Below are positions 46,147-58,314 of a DNA stretch of 64,000 nt, piece by piece. Made by a program: the position numbers and the translations under genes. Every line of letters starts with the position of its first letter. Position 1 is the first letter of the stretch. The notes under the pieces were generated by a model. That model made no database searches, had not been told where the DNA came from, and saw only the letters and a list, made by a program, of their open reading frames with translations. Source of the stretch: Vezdaea acicularis (lineage: Eukaryota); assembly GCA_026025075.1 (NCBI GenBank), contig JAPEUI010000006.1, positions 186,001-250,000 on the forward strand, given 5' to 3'.

Positions 46147-47656
46147 GTTAGCTGGACATGAGCCATGACTGCGGGTCTTGTCAGTCTTGTGCAACGAATC
46201 GAAGTTGAGTTCGCGAAGTACTCAGAAGCTCCGGTTGGGGACAATATCGAAGTTGATGCCAGCCAAATTATCAATATAATTCGTAAGGGGTTGGGGCACA
46301 TGCAGCAGCCCGAGTCGCCCTTTCCTAAAGGTCAACTAGAGTATTGCAAGCTGTCCCTGAGGAGCGATAACTGTATCTGGTTCTTGCATTTGGAATGTTT
46401 GAAAGCGAAAGCGAACGTGAGAAGAAGGTTTTATATACATGGTATGATTCATGCATGACTGTCCTGGTAAAGAGTAAGAGAAGTTGACTACTTCTCATTC
46501 CGAGGCAGTGACTCAAGTTTATTGGCCATCGAGACTTATTTATAGGGAATAAGGAAACGCGAGCGATGGCCAACAATGATAAGGCGTTGCGATACCCTCC
46601 CGAGCAATGTGCATTGGATGGTACCCACGTCGTTCTCCTAGTCTCTGCGCCTTCGGTACCTCCTTATTTACAGACCTGGCCAGGAGAAGGAGAGGCCATG
46701 ATCTTTAGTCGGATGATCAGTCCACAACAGGGTTCGACTTGAGAGACCATGGTTCCCCCGTGACTGGTCTAAGGGGCGAATGCGTCCAATACCATATACT
46801 ATCGCCACCGGTGACATGGTAGATGCAGGCTGAATGACGAGTAGTCTCTTCAATCAGCGACCGAGGCTAGAGTCAGCTGCTCCGGTCAGGGCAGACGGTA
46901 TGGCGCGACAAAGCGCGGCTGATGATTTGGATCTTTAAAACAGGCGGTCCATGAGTGGTGATTCGTTGGGAGACGGTCGCGGGCAGGCAAGGTTTCGCCA
47001 AGGTTTCGCGAGGATGACGGGCAGCCGCGGGAAATTTGAGATCAGGGGAAGACAGGGGGAGGCCGGGCTAAGATAGCCATTCGCCAATCAGCTGCCGCCC
47101 TGCGCCCGCCCGCCAAGGCGGCCACCGCGCGCCGGCCGCATGAGGCTTAGCGGCTCGAATGGCTCGCTGGCCCGGCCAACAGGAGAAAATTCTTCGATTC
47201 GCTCGCCGGCGCCACGACCTGCTCTCGCGGTCTCGGCCGGCTGGCTGGGGGCAAGGACCGCAGAGTGCTCTCGTCCCGCGAGTCGCTTCTCCATGCTCAG
47301 CGCACAATCCCCTTCTCTGTTCTGACAACAACACCTCGCAGAAGGGGACGCCGATCACCCAAGGCACAGCGTCTGTCTGTCTATCGCTGTTCACTGGCAT
47401 CGCCGCCGCCGCTGCTGCTCGTCGCACCTGACGAGCGTCCATTCTTTTGGTCCTTTCCATCATCACGCTCCTTATCGACGGTTCTCTAGCAACGTCGTCC
47501 CATCCTGCAAGCCTGGATCATGTCACTCCTTTTCAGCAATCCACAAGTATCATGCTTTGACAGCGAACTTTAATTCCAGTCCCGAAATTCTGAAAATATA
47601 ATCTGCGAATTGATGCACGAAAAGCCACAGGCTCGACCGGTTTCGAAAGCTCGCAG

Positions 47657-49671
47657 ATGGATATCGACTCGAGAGAGCACAAGCGCCGCAAGGCACGCCA
47701 AGATCATGCAGAGCTTCATCGGAGGCATGGCATGCTGCATCGAGATCTTCTGCCATCAAAACCCTCAATTGAGGTCTCCGCCAGTCTTGACGCAGTGGTA
47801 GCAACAGCTGCTGTCGACGCTCAGATAACCGCGGATTTGGATGGCAGTCCATCACCAACCTTGGTTCCTGCACCTACGATCTGGCCCGCCAGCTCCAGCG
47901 ACGCGACGTTACCCACAGCCCCACCAGATGTAGCATTACCCTCCCCGACATTTTCGAACGATCCAAGTATACCAGCAGTCCCCACGGAGCCTGATATACC
48001 AAATCCTACGGCTTCGGTGGATCCGTCAGTCGACTGGTCCGGTTCTCAACCTGCGTTGCCTGCAGTTCCTACTGTACCTCCAGTGCCACCCTTTCCGACC
48101 CTCACTATCCCATCTGTTCCAACAGTACCTACAGTCCCTCCGGTTCCTGAAGTAACTCTGCCATCTGTGCCTGCAGTGCCCTCCGTCCCTCCGCAGGACA
48201 GCGCGACCGTTCCACATCCACCAAGCATTGCCCCCTCTGCGGACGGCAATACTGGGGTCCTTGGGACAACAACATCGCAAGAACAGCTTTCAAGCCCACC
48301 TTCTACACCACAGGCGTCAGATGTTGCTATGACATTGCCTCCAACGACAATACCTTCATCAACGGCGGTTCCTAGCAGCCTTTCAAACGAACTCACATCT
48401 AGTACCGCTCCTACTTCGATATCCAACCCTCCGCTCTCCTTACCCACAGCCAATCTTCCTGCCAGCGTCGCTGGCAATTCTACCTGTATGTGTACGCATA
48501 CTCCTGCAACATCGTTTACTAACTCAGTGTGATAGCCGCAAGCACCTCTTTGCCCACATCTATAAGCACTTCCGCAACCTTAGCTTTATCATCCAGCAGC
48601 TCAATACAACTCAACCCCTCAACCTTCGATTCTTTTCTCTCTTCTATCTTTCCAATCACGGCAACCTCAACGAGTGACTTTTCAACGTCTCTCCCCACAA
48701 CCCTATCAACTGTGACGTCCTCAAGCAACTCGACCCCCTCTTCAACATCAGCAAGCAGCTCTTTTCTTTCTCAGACAGTTACGGGTACAAGTACAAACGG
48801 ATTTGGAGGCGCAACGGGCACCGGAACTGGCTCGGCACCCAGTTCATCCAGCACCAGCAACAACGGTTCCTCAAGTAGCAACACTCCACCAACTCCAGTG
48901 GTCGTAGGCGGTGTCCTTGGTGGCGTCGCTGGCTTAGCACTCATTCTGGCGATAATCCTTGTATTTCTACGGTGGCGGAAGAAACGGAACCGTGCGATAA
49001 CGGAGTTACCCAGCAGTGCAGGAGATCCTGCAATCTCGTCACAACCAGAACCAGGTCGCGAGATGTTCGAGAATACAACTCCTCACTCCTCCACAGGGCC
49101 GCGCCCTTTGTTGATGACGGCCTTCATGCGCAACTTGCGTGGCTCCGGTGTTGGCACTATTCGTCCTGTCTCAGCCGATACGCCACCTACAACTGCTGGG
49201 ACACCGGAGCCAAGTTTCACGAAACTCGCAGGGCGTAAGCTACCACAGGGCAATATTGGGGATGGCTATGACTATTCCACGACATCTTTCAACAAAGAGC
49301 TTGGGAAGGAGACTGGTCCTTCCGATTCTCCCATTTCGCCTGAGTCACGACCAACCACGCCGTTCCCTAGCGGTCATGCCTCCAGCGCTTTCGCCGCAGC
49401 GCCCGCTACTCAGATGGCGCGCTCAAGCTCCAACTACGGCTCAGAACACGGAGATTACGACAGCGCCCCCAGAAGCTCTGCAACAGGTCTTGGTCCTGGT
49501 GCTATCATGGCTGGACCACGGTCAGGCTTACGCGATAGCCCGGCCAGGAGCAGTCTGTCCAGACAGATAGCACGTCCTCGGCCAGGAAGTGCGATGGCTG
49601 ACAGCGTCGGGCGAAGTCACGCCAGCATGGATGGGAGCAGAAGTTCACGTTTCACGGAAGATATGCGTTGA
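47657..49671 (+). CDS. Ser/Thr/Pro-rich single-pass membrane protein (Mid2/mucin-like architecture), 2 exons
   Basis: PxVP repeats, S/T-rich stalk, TM VVVGGVLGGVAGLALILAIILVFL followed by RWRKKR, tail ending SRFTEDMR; frame-consistent intron 48486-48535. Confidence 0.82.
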
Positions 49672-51050
49672 ACAGCTCTGCCCCGTCTGCCGGTTAGCCC
49701 TTTCGGGTCGGAGACCTTTACCCACCACCTTTGGAGACTCTTTTGCATAGGGAGACTCCTCCTTCGCTTCTCTTGTAAATTTTTACCTCTCGCTCGTCTT
49801 CCTCCTCCTCTTGCGGGACAGATCAGAACGGGTTTTCGCGCATCGATGTGGAGCATTTTCTGGGCAGCTTTCTTCGCGGTTGCCCTTGGCAAACTACTAT
49901 TATGTACGATTTAGTGGGGGCTTCTTTTCGGTCTATATATTTCTCGCCTTTTGGTGAAGATACGAATTTTTCTGGAGGGGGATCCAGTCTCATGGTGGTT
50001 CTAGATGGGGCCAGGGAGTATCTCATGGTATGGAGGGAGATGCTGGAATATGTAATGTTAATTGACCGGTAATATAATGGACGTTTCAAATCTCCGTCTC
50101 GAGCGGTCTTCGCTCTGCATATTCTAGGTTCCGCCTTTCTACGCAGGGTTTAAGCTCACTGGATGACATCCCAAGGTCCCCCGATAACCTGCAATGTTGC
50201 TGCACGGTAGAGCTCATCATGTCGTGTTCATGGAACGGCGGGGCGGCTGACAGGTCTAGAACGACCCCACCGGCGTGGCGCCGTCAAGGCTTTACCGGGC
50301 CGCATGGCTGCAACGTGATGCTGGCCCAATCACCTGCCGAGGGACTTCGGGATATTTTCCGCACCAACAGCGACAGCTCTTGTAGCTTGGCGGCGGTTGG
50401 TAAGGGCTGGAACCTTTTTGTTGTTGGGGGTCAGGGCAGTGTTTGTATGGGAAGTTTGGGGTGGGGGCTATTTTTTGTGAACTTGTTGCATTGCTCGTTA
50501 GGATGTGGGAATTTCTCAAAGGTCTTCTCGAGCGATATGGACCTCGTGGTGACTAGATACCCCAGCAAATCTAGCCTTTCTTACGATCAAACGGTTTCCT
50601 GCGCAGCGTTCTTTTGACTGGAAAAACTGAGACTGTATCAGTTACAAGCCGTATATACCCTGGGACGCCCTGATAGAGTAAGAAAATGCTCAGAAATATC
50701 CTTCGTGGCCAAATATTTAAATGAAAACGGCCGTTATTCGTGTAAATACAAGATCTGGATGGGGTGGCAACGCTGGTGCGCACCAGCGGACCGAACTCGG
50801 AAAAGGCATTCCAGCAATGCGGTCATGGGGTGCAGTCGCGAATCGAGAACCGGGACCGCCCCTCGCGCATGCAGCCCTGGGCGCGTGTCTTCCTCAGTTC
50901 CTGCAGTCATCTGATCACAGCGCCGAGGATATTAACACTTCACCCTCTTAACCAGCCCACCATTTCTTGTATACGCTTTGGCCTCGGAATATTCTACTCT
51001 TGCTGCTGGAGGCTTCGTCTTTGAGAGATAGCCTCACGCTTTCGCCCGTT

Positions 51051-53872
51051 ATGCGCCCGACGACTTCAGCCCTGGTGGCAGGGTTAGCCCTTCTCACAAA
51101 TGCTGTCGGTGCCTCCCATCTTACGCCGCCGGTGCTACCGCTCATTGTGCGGAATCCCTACTTGAGCACTTGGCTGGGAGATGCGAGGAGAGAGCCATGG
51201 ACGAGTTGGCCGATGTTCTACACGGGAGAAGAGGTATCTATAACCTTTCGTTCAGGAACCCGTGTTGCCCCGGATGGCCTCAGGCCACGATTATTTATTT
51301 CTTAGGGGTAACCGCTGATACGGTCATCATCACAATAGATTGGGTTCTCTATTCTTGCATCTATACCAGATACTGGATATGTATACCCTCTGCTGGGCAG
51401 ACCTCACGATTCGCTGTCGATGGACGGCTATGATGGGTACGTACCATCAGGAATTTTAACGTGGCAACAATTGCTGACTGCGATGTACAGTTACAATGTT
51501 TCATATCCCAAATACCTTGGGGCTCAATTCGATGCCTCGACTACGAATCTTTCCTACTCCATCCCTCCTCCGAAACACCTCGGTGACGCCGGTGACCTTG
51601 AGATATTAATTACCTTCCTCTCACCTATTACACCTACTTCAACGCTGCGGCAGTCGATCCCTGCAGGCTACGTGAATGTGGAAGTAACGGGTAATTTCGA
51701 TGTTGATATCTACATTGATGTCAACGGTCAATGGGTCAGCGGGGACCGAGGTAGTCAGATTGTGTGGGAACTCCAGCGATCTGGCATGCAATCCAAAGAC
51801 TCCAAGCGCGAGAAGTCCGAGATCATGAAGACTTGGGTGGTCCGTAAGGAGACAGAGCAGCTTTATACTGAGCGAAACGACCGCGCGGAGTGGGGAACAC
51901 TCTTGTTCTCGGCCTCTGAGGACGTGCGCCACGAATCCGGTACTTCGTCACGACTACGTTCCAGGTTCTCCCGGACCGGCACATTGCAGGACGTTGTGGA
52001 TGATGGTTTCCGAAGCATTATGGACCAAGAGCCGGTCTTCGCGTTCTCCAAGTCTTTCAGTCTCAACACGACCTCAGCAGATCCGTGCCAGAAGATTACT
52101 AAGAGCACTCTTTTCACCATTGCTCATATCCAAGCTCCAGTCGTGCAGTATGCTGCTGCACGCGGATTGACGCATATGCGACCTCTTTGGGAGTCCTGGT
52201 TCTTCTCAACCGAGGCTCTTCTCCTTTTCCACTATCTCGATTTCCCCTTTGCTGCGGGACTCGCCCACAACTACTCGATGCAGCTCGAGAAGGATGCGTT
52301 GAAGTCAGGAGCCTCAAACTACCGAGACATCGTTGCCCTCTCCGCGCGTCAAGTGATGGGAGCAACCAGCTTCGCAGGTACACCAGACAACCCTATCCTA
52401 TTCCTGAAGGAGATCTCCTCGAACGGCAACTCTCAAACGGTCGACGTCATCTTCCCCGCCTTCCCCTTCTTCCTCTACACCAATCCCCGCTGGCTAGCCT
52501 ACCTCCTTGAACCTCTAATCGAATATATGCTCAGCGGCCAATATCCAAACGACTACACCATGCATGATCTCGGCCTCCACTTCCCCAACATGACCGGTCA
52601 TGCTGATGGCAATGACGAATACATGCCCGTTGAAGAATGCGGCAATATCCTAATCATGGGGCTCGCCCTTGTCAACTCGCTCATTTACGAGACTCCTAAC
52701 GCCGGTGGCTCCATCTGGTCCTCCGAAGGTAGCGCCTCCATTGCGGAGAACACCGCTAGCGCTTTCCCCCTTCAAGCCCTCGAAAATCGCGAGGGCATCT
52801 TCGGTCTCGACGACCGCTGGGGCGGCGCCGAGAACCACAAAGGGGAGCGCCAGGCACGCAAATGGATCAACAAGAGCTACCGGCTGTGGAAGCAATGGAC
52901 GCGGTACCTCGTCGACTTCTCGCTCCTCCCAGCCACGCAGCTCAGCACGGACGATTTCGCTGGCTGGCTCGCCAACCACACCAACCTCGCCCTCAAGGGC
53001 GTCATCGGCATCCGGGCTATGAGCGAACTCGCCTCCATCGTCGGAAACGACGCCGATGCCGAGTACTACCGGAATATCTCCGAGGTGTATGTCGAGAAAT
53101 GGGAGGAATACGCCGTCTCCCGCGATGGCACCCACGCCAAACTCGCCTATACCTGGTACGGCTCCTGGACAACCATCTACAACCTCTTCGCCGACAGCCT
53201 CCTCTGCTTCCGCGTCGGTGGGCACGAGAACGCTACTTCCCTCGCCCCATCCTCCTCCACCCCCTCCCTACAAGGCGATGATCAAAAACCCATCAAGCCC
53301 CCCGGCGGTCGTAAGGGGAAGCAAGGCTTCGTAAGCGAGCACATCTACAAGATCAGCAGCGACTGGTACTACACCGTGCGCCAGCGCTACGGCCTCCCCC
53401 TCGACAGCAGACACACGTACACGAAGAGCGACTGGGAGTTCTTCGCCGCTGCCGTCGCGAGTAAGCGCACTCGCAGCGACATTTTGGAGAGCGTCGCGCT
53501 GTGGGTTAATGAGACTGTTACCGGTATGTCTCTTTCCCTCTCCTTCATCTCCTTTCCTTACCTTACCTCCCCTCTCCCCCATCCTCCTAGCCCCCACCAC
53601 TAACAACAACACGCACAATAGACCGCCCCTTCACCGACCTCTACGAGACGGAAGGCCGCGGCGAGTTCCCCGGCATCACCTTCTTCGCCCGCCCTGTCGT
53701 CGGCGGCCACTTTGCCTTCCTCACCCTCGAGCGCGCCTGCGGCGGCACCGCCATGGACGGTCTCGCCTTCTTAGAGGAAGGGGAGGCCCAAGGTGTAAAA
53801 GCAGAACAAGCCCAGGCTAAGGCCCCAGAGCATAGCGTCGTCGAGGAGCAGGAGTGGGTGGAAGAGTTGTAA
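51051..53872 (+). CDS. Glutaminase A (GtaA)-family secretory protein (DUF5127/DUF4965/DUF1793), 4 exons
   Basis: Signal peptide, PPVLPLIVRNPYLSTW, LFLKEISSNGNSQTVDV, HDLG, MPVEECGN, QLSTDDFAG, TNLALKG, YGLPLDSR, TKSDWE, RPFTDLY, ARPVVGGHFA. Confidence 0.92.
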
Positions 53873-54601
53873 ATCCCTTCCTCATTCTGTGTTTAGTCCA
53901 TGAGACTAGGCGTAAGCGTGTTGTGGGTGCCGGGTGACGGTATGCTTGTGTAGAGGCATTAGCGAAAAGTCGGATACCTTCCCCTTCTTCCCCTCGTTCG
54001 GTTTAGTTTAGCTTAGCATAGCGTATACACACACACACGATATCACGTCCGCGAAGAGGCAATGGTTCAGGCACTAAAAATAATTCAAGCTCGAGACTCG
54101 AGCATGCCATTGTCATGCCGCTCGGAAGGGGAGATGAAGTCAACCATATCTTTTCGATTTCATATCTGTGAAAAGCGCCGATTAGGGCGCACGCGTGTTT
54201 ACCTATCTATCTACCTTTGTAAAAAAAGAAAACCACCCCCTAGCCAGCCACTCCCTCCATCATGCGCTGCTAACGCTACCACCACGGGTACCACTACCAG
54301 CAGCAGCAGCACGGCTGAAGACTTTTCTCTGATACATAGGAATGGGACATTCTTTTGGAGAGGTGTTGATCAGATGCGGGGGGGGGGACAGGGGGGATGT
54401 AAGGAAAGGGAAGGGAAGGGGGGACGAGCTGAGCCGAGCCAGGCCAAACCAAGCAGAGTGGAGTCCTAGGGGGGGACGATGATGAAGGAGAGGAGCTCGC
54501 TTCAAACACAATTCAGGGTTGTGATATCCGTCCACGAACCCACCGCAGTTGCAGGAGCAGAATCATCGACGAACGGGGACAATAGTCTTTTAGAGACAGC
54601 G

Positions 54602-56010
54602 CTACGAGGAGCCACTGCCGCCCAGACTGGGAAAGGCGCTCTTGTCCGCGACATCGACCGCACCGGCGCTCGCGCCAGGGCCGCCACGTCTAGGACCTCT
54701 GAAGCCATCGCCGCGACCACGGCCCGCGCCCCGTCCCCGCTCACCGCCTCGCTCCCGATCCCCACCTCTGCCTCTTGCACCCCCGCGTCCGCCTTCGCGC
54801 CCGCCGCGTCCTCCCTGGGGCGGCTCGACGTAGCGCTGGTCGATGTCGAGCGTGGTCTTCTCCTTGCGCTGCCGTTCTCGCTTGGCCTTGGATCCCGCGC
54901 CAGCGATATACGTGTCTTCCTCTTCTTTCTGGAGTGGTTTGGCAGCGGCCCATTTCTTGTCTGTCTTGCCCTCGTTGGGTTTGCGCGCGGCGGGGGCACC
55001 GAGGTCGAGCTTTTCGGCGGCGACCTTGGCGAGGTAGTCGGAGTATGACATCGTGTTGTCTTCAGGCTCAAGTTCGGCGGCAGGGGCATCGTTCTCCTTG
55101 GTGGAGGCGAGATGCTCGCCGTCGGCATCGATGGGCGCGTCGGGATTGGTGTCGAAGCCGTCCTTTTCTTCAGCTTTGGCTATGGCTTCGCCGGCTTGCT
55201 CGTCGGTCCATTCAGACTCGCCTTTCGTACTACCCCAGCCTTGGGAAACTTGCTTCTCGGAGTCGCTATGGGGGAGCAAGTTAGTGATTAAGGTAGGCGA
55301 TGACAGACTGTGGGGAACATACGTTTGGGCTTGTCGACTGTGACGGTCTTCACGCCCGGGCCCACCGCGTCCTCGTCCTTCTCCACGGCCGCGCCCCCGA
55401 CCGCGGCCTCTTCCACCTTCACGGTCTCCACGAGAGTAGTTTTCGTCGGTAGATTTGCCGCGGTTGTTTGCGCTCCCTGCGGTATTGTCACGGAACGCTA
55501 TATGCAGGGTAATGACGTTAGCTTTGTTTGAAGGAAACTCGACCATCTCGATATTGATATGTGACATCAGCACGGAGGAGCTGGATCAGATTCGTACCTC
55601 CATCATTACCGGAGAAGCCTCCTCGGCGACCCCCTCGTCCACCGCGTTCACCTCCAGCTCCGCCGCGGGCAGCACCAGGTGCGATGTCTGGAGCATTGCG
55701 CTTAGACGTTCGAGGGATCGGCCTATCGGCAACCTTCACGGGTGGCTCTGGTTCCTTGTCGGAGTCCTCATCGTGATCATTGCCTATTCAGACAATTAGT
55801 TTTTCCTAAATAAGAGGTATTTAGGTTAAGAGCGTGGAATTGTACCGAGGAGCTCGTAAAGGTTCTATGACGGCAATCATGTCAGTCCAGATACTTATAT
55901 ACAGTTCATGATGATAAATAATGCAACCCGCCAACCGTGAGGTAGAAAGGCGCCCGGTGAACGCAATGGATGAGAGATGATCTCACCTTCGAGGCCACAG
56001 GAGCAGACAT
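54602..56010 (-). CDS. STM1: Stm1 / SERBP1-family ribosome-, telomere- and G4-binding protein, 5 exons
   Basis: MSAPVASK|NLYELLG|NDHDEDSD..., RGG boxes, DRHSR, QGWG, TMSYSDYL, RKPNEG, AFPSLG. Confidence 0.88.
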
Positions 56011-56938
56011 GGTGCCTGCACACCTCACGCCTCCGAAGAAGGCTAGTCCGTAATGTTACCGCACTATGGTTCTGTCTTACACGAGGTATCCGAGACTCAC
56101 GAGAATCCTATACGGATAGGAATCCCGCTTGATCTCGAGATAAGTGGGTACGGGGTGTGACGAAAGGTTAGTAAAGTGTGGTGCAAGAAAGTTCGGCCTT
56201 CAGGTAGCGAGGCACAAGTCTTGGCGACCAAAACACCAAAGATCCACAAGATTCGCTTACTGAGAATTTGGCGCTGGAAGTGGCAGTTTGGACTGCTTAT
56301 AGGGCTCAAGCATTTCGTAAACAGAAAATTCGGTGAAAACTAGTCATCTTTCGTTGTGTCAATCAGGCAGCAATTCCGCATGGAAAATATGTATGACTGC
56401 ACCTGGTTTGCTAATCAGGTCCTTGCTCCACGAATCTGCTGAAGCTTTTCCTATAACAGTCGGTCAAAGACAAAGTCATGCTCCCAGACCGTCGCCGAGA
56501 CGGAAAAATTCATTTCATTATCTACGTGGCCCATTACTATTACGCAGTGATAGAAATGACCGTGAGGCTACGCCAGAACATTAAAGGAACACGAGTACCA
56601 TGCATTCGTCCATAGCCGAGTGAAAGGAAGAGATGTACAAATAGAGGCTCTAACCAGCACTGGAAATGGTATCCAACCAACAAAATTCGTCCTGCCTGTC
56701 GGCGATCCAATAGAGCGTACTCCAACCGTAACACCACGCTTACATTTTTAAATGCGGAGATACAAAATTGAAATTCGAACCCACCCGAAGAGCACTTGCT
56801 CGATTCATGTAACTTAACACATGATTACCTTGGCCTCACGTCTCCTGCAAAGTGGATGATAGAAAGGTCTATCCCTTGCGCGGAGGAATTTGTTTTCCTG
56901 ATGATATCGACGAACTATTCCTGGAATAGTATGGTTGC

Positions 56939-58314
56939 CTAGTGTCTCATCGAGCTCATCTCAAATGAGAACGGTGTTGGGAAGGTCATGCTGGCCGATA
57001 GTCCGAATGGATCCGCGTCTAAAGCCGGGTCATACGGATCGAAGAGTTGGTCCATCGCCCTAAAGACTGGACCTGTACCATCGACAGATTGAGGCGTTTG
57101 TATATTCTGCATCATCGCCGGTGCCGGTTGAGGCACTGAGGTCGAGCCTGGAGGGAAGGCTTGAGGATATGAGCCAGGATCCGGTGAAGGATCACCGGGG
57201 TCTTGTTCATCAATCATATCGGCTTCGGCATCGTACTCCTGTTCTGTACTGACGGAATCAATCTAGGACGAACATAGCTCTTTCAAAAACAAACAGGGGT
57301 AAGAAAACGGGACAGCTTGCCGAGTTGGTCTATATGATTCTGAAATGGAGAAGGGGGATAATATGTCCCTGTTTGGCGCTTGGTAGGCGCAGCACCGAGG
57401 AATGAGTTCTGCTGTACGTTTGGTGCTGTACCTGGCATTGAAAAGCCAAGATGAGACGGGGGCAGAGATCTAGGCTGCGGCTGCAACCGTTGCTGCTGCT
57501 GCTGCGGCGGCTGAGCTAGACGATCCGACGCTGATGGGGTAATCACACCTTGCGGACCAAAACCGGGAGAGATGGACGTTACGGGCGATGATGACTGAGA
57601 AGAAGTGGTATGTGTCTGAGGAGATCCGCTTGAGAAAGCCGGATGCGGTGGTCCGGGAGCAATAGGTTGGCCAGCTTCCATCTTCGGGGTGAATCCAGAG
57701 GCGGACCGCCGCGCTTGATTGTGTCTATTCATCACCGCGCGCTGTGCTGTGGTCGGTGGATTGATGGGTCCGGATGCAGGAGAGACGTGCGATGGGCCTA
57801 TGTTAGGACTGCCAGTCTTCGCCCGAAGCTCTGCTTGCACATCGATTCCTATGGTCACGTTAGTCGCCAAAGCCGGTCAAGACGAGGCATTGCGACGGTA
57901 CCTTTCTCGAGCAAGATTCTCTCCAGCAGCGAGTTCTTGTATCTGAGCATCAGACATTCGTCGGCTGCATTCCGGTGGCTCAGCTGGAGGTTTTGAAGGG
58001 TGTCTTCATGATGCTTGATCGTCGTCTCCAGCTGTTTGATGTACTCGGTCCGCCGTTCTCGGAATGCTGCCTGAGCTTGCCGATTTCGCTGTTTACGTTC
58101 CTCAGACGTTGCATATATCTAGGGTTGTCAACATATGTATGGTCCATGGTAGTGTATGATTACGTACTGGCTTTCGACCACCTTTTCTCTTTTGGGTTCC
58201 AGGATTTTCCGGGGGAAATGCTTCTGCCTCCGGCGACGAGGGCAGTGAATCGCTCAGACCCTCATCAAGAGGCTCTGTCTTAGCCACGTCTGCGGCGGAT
58301 GTAGCTTCCATCAT
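56939..58314 (-). CDS. bZIP transcription factor (resembles the ZIF1/ADA-1 group, from memory), 4 exons
   Basis: KRKGGRKP|IYATSEERKQRNRQAQAAFRERRTEYIKQLE...ECLMLRYKNSLLERILLEKG|IDVQAEL; last exon EQEYDA...LDADPFGLSASMTFPTPFSF. Confidence 0.9.

Noticed and set aside
55865..55986. Possible snoRNA in STM1 intron 1 (also considered for RPS27 intron 1)
   Set aside because: No convincing C box (RTGATGA) and D box pair or H/ACA layout on the sense strand.
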